A stretch of DNA of 64,000 nt, taken from the NCBI GenBank assembly GCA_905178155.1, contig CAJINV010000004.1, positions 11,624,177 through 11,688,176 on the forward strand, written 5' to 3'. Shown here in pieces: positions 1-11,200 of this stretch (position 1 is the stretch's first letter; every line of letters starts with the position of its first letter). This stretch comes from Amoebophrya sp. A120. Taxonomy: Eukaryota; Protista; Dinoflagellata. The notes under the pieces were generated by a model, which worked only from the letters and a program-made list of their open reading frames with translations, did no database searches and was not told where the DNA came from. Made by a program: the position numbers and the translations under genes.

Positions 1-186
1 GCATCACAGGCTTCGAGAATTCCACTTAATGCGTAATCCGCATGATAAAGCCCTTCTTTCGGTGGCAAGAATTGTGCAACCTTACCTTTGGCTTCTAATC
101 TATGCATGACAGATTTTTGGGTGATGTAAAATGCGCTGCATCACAACTTCGCACAGTTCCAGACCCAGACATATTCGCACCCGATA
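1..186. mobile_element. Introner family A (partial)
   Basis: Right TIR ttccagacccagacatattcgcacccgata. Confidence 0.75.
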
Positions 187-3100
187 AGCAGCCTGTACTT
201 TTGCATTGAATGTAGCCATGATCGCATCCTGGGTAAAAACGTTCCCACTCCATATTTGCGTAGTCCCCAGCAGGGTGATTCTCATGTTCCATTAGAAACG
301 CTGTCTGTAGGACTTTGTCATGCCATCATCGGGATAAGGCAATCGCGATCGTCGATTTGCGACGCGGCTGCACGAACTAACCAAGCCTAGTACACTGCGG
401 CTCCAAGGCAGGCTGCCCTGCGCAACGGCGAAATCTTGTTGTGATCAAATTTCCATCGCTCTTGATTACTTATGGTGTGGGGAGGCCGTTTTTGCAACTG
501 AGGATACGTCGAAGCACGTATCTTCGGGGTTGTCTACATCCGGCCCCACCGCCGGGTCGCCTCCTTCACAGCTGCACTCGTTCTGCACTGCTACTTGCGT
601 TCCCGCAGCTGCGTCGTGGACTATGAAGTGCAAATATGTCTGGGTCTGGACACCTGTGATGCTGGGCGGCGTATCATGAGGAGGCCACAAGTGCTGGCTC
701 AGCATGACAAGTTTCTGAGCTTCTTGGTGTTGCCTATTCTGCATGACAAACTGCGTTTCTGTATGACAGAAAAATGAGGGTCTTGGGCAGTGTGCGTGAC
801 AAATGAAAATTTAAGAGTCATGTGAGACAAGCATGACAAACTTGCATTCTTCCAGACCCAGACATTTTTGCACTTGATATGGACGAGGTGATAACCATAG
901 TCCACCTCGGTGCAGAATTCACTGTTCTCCGCCGGACAATATGCATTGCAAAAGTACTATCGCACAACTCTAGTACAACTTAAATGGCATGACAAATCGG
1001 CTCAGCATTAGAAAAGAAATTAGTCCACCAAAACGCTGGCTTTGCTATTTAGGAACTAGATTTGTACCGCATGATGCGTGCAATTACTTACTACGAGTGC
1101 GATACTTTTGCACAGATTAGACAAGCTGCCCCGGTGGCCGGCGTCTTACCCCCAGGGCTGGTGCATTGACATTCCCGTAGCTTGCAGCACGTGCCCTGGT
1201 CGGGGTCGGTGGCCGTGTTACAGTTTTGCCGTTTGCAAAATTTAGCTGCGTTGGCGGGGTTGTAGGCCTTGCCTAGGTCTAGACTTTGGTTCGCGGGGTC
1301 CTTCAGGTTCCGACAGTGCTGATTGCTGCCATCCGCCTGCGTGCTGCTGCACTTGGCCGTGGCCTGGCAGCATATTGCGGCATCATCTTGTCGGGTCGCG
1401 GCTGTGGGTGCTGTTGCTCCGATCTTGCCGCAAATCGGACTTTTGCACCCGTTTCTCAAAATGAAAAAACCCCCCTTCGTACTGTACTTAGACTGAGATC
1501 TTTAGAAAGCAGCATTTTCGATGTACAAGTACACAAATCATCTTCATCACTCGGTATTGTTTGAGGCCAGGCATGTTGCGAGACAGATGGTAAGCCTGCG
1601 TAGCGAGTGCAGTTCTTGTTCCTCGGCAAGACACCTGCTTGTGCGATAGTCCAAGCAACAACGAACAGGAATAGCCCAGAAAAAGCAAAAGAAAACCCTG
1701 GCTCTCGTATCTTTATGCAATACAGATTTGTGGCGCACACAAATTGCGCATCGCGTGTCTCTATGGATTGTAAAAATGTCTGGGTCTGGAAGATTCTGAT
1801 ACTTTGGTTGGTTGGTTGGATAGCGCCTGTCGCCGGTGCAGGTCCCGCCCTCCATCGATTGCGATCCGGAGTAGCCGGAACACAAGGCCCTAGTGGCACA
1901 ATCGATCGACGAAGCCCTTTATAACCAGGCCACGGCCATCCGGCTGCCCTGGAGTCATTCGCGGGCCCGGCAACGTCTAGGAGCTACGGATTAGGGATCT
2001 TGATGGGCGAGACAGGTCACAGTCATCCGCCTGCCCATCGAAGACGAGCCAGGTCACAGTCATCCAGCTGCGTTCACAATACGAGCCAGGTCACAGTCAT
2101 CCAGCTGACTGCATAAGAACGTCCCCGGCAGCAATCATCGAAGTGAACCCATGGGAGGAGTCGGGAAATGCCAAAGACAGGAATCCCCTGACACACCCAC
2201 GCCAACTAAACCCAGTAACCACATGTGACGACGTGGGGAAAGGGAGGGTAGACCCCGACTGGCCTACGAGTAAGCCTGATCGCTCCGCTGCGTGTTATTT
2301 TCCCGGGCAAATTTATTTAGACTGAACCCCGGGCACGCCACCCGGAGACGGACGCAGTCCAGTTTTTACAAAGCTCCCGCATAGCGGCTATCTAAATGGG
2401 GCGGGGTCAGTCGTTCACCGAATGGCTCTCGCGAAACAGTGACCAGTGGACCCCATGCAAAAAAGCCTCTGTGGACTGCCCCTCTTTCTTTGCGCTAAGA
2501 CCCGTTTAAGCTAATATCTACTTAGTGCGCTGCTACTACTGCCGCCTGCTACTACTGCCGGGCTGTGGCCCCCCGGCTTGCCGAAGACGAATGGCTTGGG
2601 GCCCCCGGCGGTTTGTTCTTTTTGGCTTTTGCTAGTTTTTGCTTCTGGGCCGGGTCCCGTCGGCTTTCGTTCCGCGGGCACTGCCGCGGCGCTGCTCGCT
2701 CATGCTGCTCGCTCATGCTGCTCACTCCTCCGCTCTCTCGCCTGCTCTCTCTGCGCCATTCTTTCTTCTAAACGCGCTCATGCATTCTGCATAACAGTCT
2801 ACTTGTCATGCACGTGGTTTTGCATGAGCCATGATGTCGGTGATGCATGCCCTAGCTTCACAGATTTTTTGAGGGCTTCTTGATGCCTTTTCCGCATGAC
2901 AAAGGCCGTTTCCGCGTAGCACAATTTGCGTTCTCTTTGCTGCTCATGCAATACAGATTTTTTTGGAATCCAAGTTCAGCATCACAAGTTTCATTCTTCC
3001 AGACCCAGACACTTTTGCATTTGATAGTTTCTCACTGGGCATGTGGACGGGGAGTTTCCCTCACAATACTGTCGTTGGCTTTGTTAGACGAGTAGTACCA

Positions 3101-6100
3101 GCCTTTGTCTGGACTGGACCTTTATCCACTGCAACTATAATGCGTGGGTCTGAGAGAGAGGATGCAAGATTCGTAAAAAATGTCGAACTCCTATGCTCTT
3201 GAACTGCGTTTATTGTGTTTCGCGCATGAGCATCGCTTCGGGTCCGGTGTTGTAATGCAAAAACGCAGATTTTCATACGCGTATACTTACGCATTACAGG
3301 ACCGTTCAATGGTCAGTCGTGCTTGGCTACGTATTTCGGCCAGAAGAAGTTCCTCTCTCACTCCTGCTGTATTTTAGCATTTATAACTTTCGGACCCAGA
3401 CATGTAATTTGCAATGCGTAAATTTTCGAAGCAAAATCCAGCAGAGACGTCGTCTTCGTTATTGCGGGCACTGCATTTCTCGTGGCACACTTCAACGTCT
3501 GGACAGTCACAGGTCTTTTCATCTTTCTGTAACCCTGACACGCATGCGTAGCACGCGCTACTGCTGCTGCTGCTCGGCTTGGGGTTTGGCCAATACTTCA
3601 AAGCGGCACAGGTGCTAGTGGAGCTCGTGATGCCGCTGCCACAGATAGCGCCGTGGCCCCACTTGCAGCTGCCTGGGCCTTCTGTTTTTTTATCAAAATG
3701 AAAAATTGTGCCTCCCCATATCAAAATGGACATCTGCGGCGCGGGATTTGAGTACACAGCTCCGCTTTGTCTTGCATTAAAGGCCTGCAGGCAGATGCAA
3801 AGCCTGGAAAGGGGTGGCCTGAGAGAGGCGCTTAGCATGGCAAACGTCTGCTCTGCCCTGTTGGCGCAGCAACATTACAAATTGCCAGCGAAATGCGGCG
3901 GAGAGTCTGGCTTTGCTCTCTTGCAAGACAGACGCGATTTGTGAAAACAAATTAGCATCACAAATTTTCAAAAGCATGCCGTTCCGCTTTGGGAAGGGCG
4001 GGGGATTCTTCCTTACGGTATTCCCTATACTTTTCGCAGGAGTAATTTTTGTCGTAGTTCTCGTTAGTGGTGCTGCGGGGGCAGCAGGTTTTTTTGCAGT
4101 CTTCGTCCTCCTCAGTGGAGCCAGTCGCACAGGTCCAGCTTCCTATGCCGCAGATTTGGCGAAATATGCTAGTATGCAACTACTTTCTGTGCCGGATTAT
4201 ACGGGAAACCTGTAAAAATGAAAATTGTAGTGCGCACCGCGGTGGTAGTGGTTGCGGTACCTAGGTGGCCATGGCCAGGGGTCCTGACCACACACCAGAC
4301 TTCAGGACGACGAACTACATGTATTTGAAACTAAGTAGTTACCACCCATGCGCAGGTGCTGCGAAAGGTCAGACTAACAAGACCTCGCTTGTCGTCACGT
4401 GTAGCATGGAAAACCGAAACGGGCAGCCTTCATCGAGTGAAGTGCTCTTGGGTACTCCACAGACCAGTATTTTCCTGTTTCAGACACAGGAGATTTGTGC
4501 AATCCCATAAATGGTCGGGTCTGCTCGAGTTCCGTGTAAAAAACACCATCCTTGTCCCACATGTCAGAGCACGACCAATAAGAGCCAGATTCCGGCGGTG
4601 TCTGGGTTCGCGTTCGGGTTTGCGTTCCGACGCCGCAACTTGTGCTACACGGGCCGCAGTATCAAGTGCAAGAATGTCTGGGTCTGGAAGAATACACACT
4701 GGCGATGCGCATTTCAGAACACAGAAAAATCTTTCATGCATAGGCAGCAAAAGTTGCCCACTTTCTGTCACCAAAGCGGGGGATTTGTCATGCGGATTCG
4801 GCATTGCGGAACCTTCTCGAAACCTGTGATGCTAGAGCTTCCATGCCAGACCTTCTGCGTCATGCAAAAACAGCATGACTCTTCCAGACCCAGACATTTT
4901 TGCATTTGATACCCAGTCGCTCCATTCGGACACCCGACAGCCGCAAGGGGGATAGTCGCAAGTTCTCCTCTCTGTCTGCTTGGTAGTCGTTCGGCCGCCT
5001 ACATGGCGTCTTCGCGATCCGCAACCACCGAAACCAAGATCTCCGGGGCAATAATTTCTGGCGTCTCGTTTTCGAATCCTTTCTTTCTGATCCACCTGGT
5101 CCTTTCCGCATACGCCTTCCTCGGGTAGCGACTTATCCCAACTTTCCCAGCCTGTCCATTCCTCGTGACTGTAACACGGGTCCTTGTCAAATAAACCAAC
5201 AACTTTACATTTGCCCCGTGCCGGCTGCCAGTCCGAGTCCGTCGTGCTGGTTGTGCAAACTGCTGCATACGTGGGCTCGTTTACCCCGTGCTGCGCCACG
5301 TCAACGGGGCTGGTGGAACAAGGCACTGAGGAAAAAGATGACGCAGCGGCTTGGTCGTCCCTTGGCACCTGACGCGCGACCGTCAATCCGAGGACTCGCT
5401 TGCTCACGTTTGCTTCTGTTGCTTCCTGCGCGCTGCGAAGAGGCTCCTTCTGCAGCCCGGGTTGGTCGGCTTGCTGGTCGGTCTCGAGTACGAACGGACC
5501 GCTAGGCATGTGTTCCAGGATCCTGGGGGGATCCTCGATATCGTCCTCGCCGGTGTCGTCCCCGCCGATGTCGTCAAGCGCAGGTTCGAATCGTATCCTA
5601 TGCAAAAGCATCGCACTCGTGGTAATTGCAATAAGTGAACTACATGACTGTGGTGCATCTGCGTCCTTTCCAGAATCGAAATCCATTTTCACGCTGAGCA
5701 AGTTTGGATGTACACAAATATGCAATTTTCGCTGCCAGTGCGATGTTTTTGCAACCAATGCACAGCTACCTCGAAGTCATCCTGCGAATTTTCCTCGCCG
5801 TGGTCGTCCTCACTCGTGCCGGCTGCGTCTTCTATCAAACAGAAAAGCTAAGGCACGCGATCCATACCAAACGCTACATTTTTGTCGCTGAAAAGCTCTG
5901 TCATGCGGAGACCACAGGCGGAGACCACAGGACAGGCAATCTTCTGTCATGCAGAGTGCAGTTTGGAATGCGTTGTGGCGGTTAGACTGATGGTCATGTG
6001 TCTAACTTAAACAGATGGCTCCACAATCAAAAACTTTTATCATGCTCAGCCATAAAAAAAGATCCACTTGTGGCACTAAAAGCCGCGACGTACTTAGACG

Positions 6101-7937
6101 GGAGTCAAGACAGCTAAAACTAAAAGAAACTATACAGCACAGAGGACTAAATACTTTCTGGTATGCTGAGTGTACATTTCTGTCGTGGGATCATATCATC
6201 TTCGTCAGCCCCCTCTTCGGGGGAATTTTCTCCGTGGTCTACCGAATGGCCGTGAAGCAAGCGTAAATCATGCGTCCTCTCCGTTGGAGGTGCAAGATCT
6301 ACCTGCGCAGCTGATGGCCTGTGGCTCTTCCCCCTTGATTTGGCGCTCTCAAGCGTTACATTGATCGCTGTCATATGGCTGCTTGTTGGTTTGTCATGCA
6401 GAACCTGTGTCACTGGCGCATCTTGATTCTGCATGATCTAGCTACCTCGAATGACAAGTCTCCAACGCACGGAACGGCATGGAAATCCGCTCCGAACAAC
6501 GTGTCATGCTGGAAGCGCTATCCTCCTCCTTTGCCTTTCGCGCTATCTAATCTTGCATCACAAAGCAAGCAAAAGTCAAAGTCATTCAACAGCGATCAAG
6601 GCAACGTTTCAGAACGCCGTCGCCATAATTGCGCCAGGTAGTTGGCGCTCCACTGCGACTATGAGTTTGCCACCGCTCTCTGTATGCGGTTGGGGGCTTC
6701 GTGGCGGCTGCTTTACTGCGAACGATTCCTGCCGTCTACCGCTTGCGCTTGCATCAGGAGGTTCCTGTTTCTTAGCTGGAAATGCATCCCGACTATGCTC
6801 CTCATGTTGAGGTCGTTGTGCATCGTCCGCAATCGGTGTGGTTGTAGTCTTTGCAGTAGCGTCTGTATCTTCGAAACCCTCTGCGCCACCAATATGCACA
6901 CATACAAGAGCTGTAGTTGCGTTTCTCATACTTCAGCATTGCAGACAAAGACACACTGCAATGGAAAACAATTGCTGCAGGAGCCTTGAGTTGTGTCCTC
7001 TTTCAAACTCAAAAAATGATTTTTGAAATATACAAATTGCGCTGTTTCCACCTGGAGATAGTTCCGTCATGCAGAGACTTGCAATTTGTACGAAGCTGAA
7101 GCACTTGTTTGTTGAATATTACACAGGATACGCAGGAAGAGAATCTGCTGTTGAGGGTGACATCGGTCGCCGCGGCTCATTATCATCATCACGATCCTCG
7201 CGACGGATCACGTGACGGCCACTTGTGAAGACGGATGGCGCGTTTCCTCCTCCTTCGCCTGCTCGTGTCTGGCTTGCATTCGGTGCTGCAAGCTGGTCTT
7301 GTTCCCCCCACTCTTCGCCGCGGACCTCAGCGACCAGCGGCCCCGGTCCTTTTGCTGCGGTTGATTGTGAATCCTCTTGCGGCGGCTGCACATAATCGAC
7401 GTCTCCGTCGGCGAGAAACAGAGACTCACCCGTGCTGAAGTTGCGCGGAAGTAAACTACCGGGGGAGTCAACCAGCTTTACTGCATCTCCGGTTACGTTG
7501 CCTTCGTGCAGCGCTTGAGGCGTCAGAGGAGAAGAGGAAGTGTTCGCAACCGTTGCGAGGTCTACCCCACGACCTGCTGCAATTTCTGTGTGCCTCTCGC
7601 GAGTGGAGTGCAACGCTGTGGCATTCTTGTCAGGCGTTTCTGATGCTGCACTGGGAGTGGCTTGTTGCGGGTCCTGCGCCGTTGTAGTAGAGGCCGAGGA
7701 ACTGTTGTTCGTCCCGGAATAAATAGGACCTCGATCATCGCGCGCAGGAGAGCCGGAGGTGTCCGCGTCTTTAGTTTCCCGCCGGATGACGCGTCGCGCC
7801 CCTATCACGAAGGAAATTGAAGTCGCAGAAAGGCAGGACCGCTGGAAAGCAGAAAAACGCCAGTGGCTGTACAAGTGGACGAGAAGGCAAAACAGAGGGA
7901 CGGAGCCCGTTCCTGCTGTTTTGAAAAACAACCGCAT
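1..7937 (-). CDS. Secreted Cys-rich protein with thrombospondin type-1 (TSP1) repeat(s); 3' end beyond window; 13 introner introns
   Basis: Hydrophobic N-terminus (MRLFFK...PLFCLLVHLY). After removing the introners the exons join in frame and give CRVSEWSDWGPCSTSCGVGTQTRTR...EQTRPC (TSP1 signature) followed by Cys-rich exons. One junction (5594-5760) does not fit the usual 5-nt rule. Confidence 0.75.
225..506. mobile_element. Introner family C (degenerate)
   Basis: catcctgggtaaaaacgttccc...gaggata; DR gatcg/cgtcg; frame restored. Confidence 0.7.
622..879. mobile_element. Introner family A, body type A2
   Basis: TIRs; DR tggac/tggac. Confidence 0.9.
940..1119. mobile_element. Introner family E
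   Basis: tatgcattgcaaaagta...cgatacttttgcacagatta; DR gacaa. Confidence 0.8.
1762..3026. mobile_element. Introner family A (A3) nested in a B element
   Basis: Intact TIRs; DR gtctc/gtttc; body matches 46560-46821. Confidence 0.85.
1805..2799 (-). mobile_element. Non-coding retroposon-like insert with (CCAA)n tail
   Basis: Interrupts the A3 body; TSD tactt; tggttggttggttgg at the left end; internal gagccaggtcacagtcatcc repeats. Confidence 0.6.
3123..3420. mobile_element. Introner family A (degenerate)
   Basis: Degenerate TIRs; frame restored. Confidence 0.7.
3691..4020. mobile_element. Introner family B
   Basis: B TIRs and body; frame restored. Confidence 0.8.
4165..4509. mobile_element. 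Highly degenerate introner
   Basis: A-like right end ttcagacacagg...aatcccata; frame restored; left boundary inferred. Confidence 0.5.
4660..4911. mobile_element. Introner family A (A1)
   Basis: TIRs; DR cgcag/cccag. Confidence 0.9.
5594..5760. mobile_element. Introner family E
   Basis: tgcaaaagcatcgcact inverted ends; no DR; junction offset atypical. Confidence 0.65.
5833..6195. mobile_element. Introner, D-like (degenerate)
   Basis: DR tcttc/tcatc; frame restored. Confidence 0.6.
6369..6627. mobile_element. Degenerate introner
   Basis: tatggc...gccata ends; DR atcgc/attgc offset by 5 nt on the left. Confidence 0.5.
6893..7130. mobile_element. Degenerate introner
   Basis: TAT...ATA ends; frame restored. 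Confidence 0.55.
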
Positions 7938-8275
7938 CTTCTTTTATTCTGTCATTTTCACACAGACATGCTGACGAATGCTCATGCGGCGCACGAGACA
8001 ATTCGAAAAGACATTTCTGTTTCGACAAGAACAAATAACTGAGGGTTCAGGATCTAAGGTGACCAGCAGTGCGCAACCTTCTAGTATCGCAGGATAAAAT
8101 CAAATTGACATCATCAAAATTGCGATAACATTCTGAAACGACCGGCTAGGGGTCTTCGAACACACCCGCTTGCCTGTTCCAGCGACAAAAGTTTTTTTGC
8201 TTCGCGCGCAACGGGTGGGCATCGACACCGTCGCCGGAGCTTCACTTGCAAGGCATTTTGTATGGTTTGAGAATC

Positions 8276-11200
8276 TCAATGTGTATTTGAATTTGAGGTG
8301 AAAGCATGAACAATTTCTTTGCGTTTCTTTTTGAGACCCGTTCTGTTCTTTTTTCGTGAGTGCGTCGTGTCGTTCGGATGCAATGAATCACTAAGCTTAG
8401 GCAATATCACCGCTCGGTTTCCCTTTCCTGTGCTGCCGCCACCTTGTTCAGCAGATTCAGAAAGTGCTTCTGTAGTATCGTTTTCTGGGCTTTGGTGTAG
8501 ACTGGGTACCCCGTCCTCGATTGGTGGCCTGTGGGTGGCACCATAACTCCCGTTCCGGCGCGGCGTCGTGGCGGCACGGGTAGGGGTACCGGGGTTGCTA
8601 GATAGTCGTCGCTTTCTTCTATCATCTCCGCAGGATCGTTCATCTTCGTGTTGCCAGGGACGACGTGGTCGACGACTGCGGTGCGAGGTGGGAGGCTATG
8701 GTGGAAATATGATGATTCTTATGATAGTGCACAACTCCAGGGCGTTCTCATTGAAAGGTCGGGCGGGTGTAGTAAGTACTGCTTTAGCTTTGGCCGCTTC
8801 TTCCGGAGTTCGTCATGCAAACAGTGCTCTGAGGCTGAGGGGACGGCAGCAGCGGGATTTGGCTGTATTTATTGATTTGCATGTTGACAAATGAAAGGGG
8901 GAGAGCGGATTTTGCTGTGCACTCTCATAGAGACGAAAAATTTTCTTCCTCGTCTGCAAAGCGTTCCTCTGGTTCTTGCATTTCATCTTCTTCTATCAAA
9001 CGCAAAAATGTCTGGGTCTGGAAACTTGTGATGCAGGGTGGCGTCTCATGATGAGGCCACAAGTGCTGGATTAGCATGACAAGTTTCTGAGGGAGCTCCT
9101 CGGTGTTGTCTATTCTGCATGACAAACTGCGTTTCCGCATCACAGAAAAATGGAGCTCTTGGGTAACGTGCATGACAGACTTAAGAGTCATGCCAGACAA
9201 GCATGACAAACATGCATTCTTCCAGACTCAGACATTTTTGCACTTGATATCTTCGGCCGCGTAGCTTCTTCGCTCTCCGGGATGCGGTATGGCTCCGCTT
9301 TTCCGTGTTTCCTGCATGTATTCCAGCCTCTCAGGGTTCTTCAAGAGCCACGGCGCTAGGTCCAGTTGCGTTAGTTTCGCGTTCGTGTAGGACCGACGGC
9401 AGGTGTAGACCAGGCAGGAATTCTTGCTGGGAAAGAACGGGGGTTCCTGTACGACCGTGGGGGAGGGTTGTCGAGAAGTAGAATGGTTGTCCCGGTCTCC
9501 TTATCAAATGCAAAAATGTCTGGGTTTGGAAGATTACCACGTTTGTCATGCATATTTTGAATGACCCATGATGTCTATGATGCATGCCCTAGCATCACGG
9601 ATTTTTAGAGGACTTTGTGATGCGTCTGCCGCATGAGAAATGCCCTCTCCGCGTAGCACAGACAGGAGTTCTCTTGCTGGTCATGCAATACAATTTTTTT
9701 CTGAATCGTCCATGGACAGCATTACAAGTTTAGAACCTTCCAGACCCAGACATTTTTGCATTTGATACTCCTCTCACTTCCCCGTCGTCCTGGTGCAGCT
9801 GCAGTGCTGCACAGGCCTGATTGGTCGAGCGGAAAATCTTGGTGCGCGCGTGCTCGTATCCTACAGAAAAATAAGTAGACGGGTACAACCAGATGAAACA
9901 AACCCCCCTTTGTGCCTGGTTCATCAGTCGTGCCACTCTGCGTTACAGAGTGGCACTGATGAACCGCAAGGGCAAAAAAGCGGACACCACAAGGGCAAGA
10001 CAAGGAATTTTTGGGTGACTGCAGTTTGTAAAAAAAGTGTGAAAGGACTTCTTGTTGGAAATAACGTCGAATATGGTACCGGTGCAGTACTACTTTTCTG
10101 TGTGATAGCTCGAAGTCCTCGAAGTCCGTGTCTGGTTGCCAGAAGGAAGCACGTTATCACACAGAAAAAAGTAGCACGACATATCTGCAGTGAATCGAGA
10201 ATGTTGAGTCCTGTTATGGGCGAGCGGACAACGCGGTACCATCTCAGACTTTGTGTACTCTTTATTTTTTTGCACGATATACAAATGTCTGTGATGTGCT
10301 AGCTTTTTTCCGTGCGATATGTGTAGATCTACTCCCGAGTTGAGAGCACTAGATTCTTCAGCAGCTGCAGGAAAATTGTCCTGATGTATTCTGTCCCCAT
10401 CCTCGCTGCGTGGCCCGGAAGCGTATGCCCCACCTCCATCTCGGCGTTCCGTCTCCGTCGTGCCACCGCTTCGGCAGACGTGCCGGTGCTCGTGCTCGTG
10501 CGTCACTTGGGGCGGGACGTCGTCGTCGAAGTTTTCGCTGTTTTGGTCCGCGTAAAAATCCGACGCAGAGTGCCCATTTACCTCTTCCGGTGCGCCAGCT
10601 CTACTTCTTTTTGACCGCGGACCGGCATTTCCATTTTCTTTTGCACCACCAGCCGTGGGCCCACTGCTTCTAGATGAAGTGGCAGAGGCCTTGGTTTGCC
10701 CTTCTGCGCCGGAGGTGCTCCCGCGCGCGGTGGGTCGGTAGAGCGCCGTGAGTGGGAAAACGTGACATGAATTCTTTGTTGTCGTCTCGGAATCGACGTC
10801 CACCACTGCATGATCATTTTCAATAACAGAATCCTGATCGTTCTTCTTCTGAGCTGCAGGAGGCTCCTGATGATCTACTGCGTCGCGCAGGAGCCGCTGC
10901 TGACGATCCACGACCTCCGCAGTAGACGATGCTGACTTATTGGCGCTTCTACTCATTCTATCGAAAATCGTTCCACCGCTGGCCAACCGCCGAAGAAGCC
11001 CTGGACAGCGGGACACGGTCACCGAAGGAGCCCGGGCCAAAGCACTATTACTTGCTCGGCGACCCAGCGTGGGTTTGATGTCTTCTTCTTCCGCCTGGCA
11101 TGCAAAATTTTGCTCATCGTCAAAAATATCTTCGGGAGTTCGATGAAAGTCATCTGGTTCTACTGAGCGTTCATCTCCTCCGTGCTGCTGGTCCAACGCT

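Larger units (their letters stand above)
1454..3068. mobile_element. Introner family B (degenerate), outer member of a triple nest
   Basis: Degenerate B TIRs; DR ccgtt/ctgtc; frame restored. Confidence 0.7.

Noticed and set aside
1805-2799. Self-cleaving ribozyme or tRNA head in the tailed inserts
   Set aside because: I could not identify a hammerhead core, HDV fold or A/B boxes by eye; an Infernal/Rfam scan is needed.
8085-8127. tatcgca...tgcgata mini inverted repeat in intergenic DNA
   Set aside because: Only a 7-bp IR with no flanking direct repeat and no body motifs; compatible with chance.
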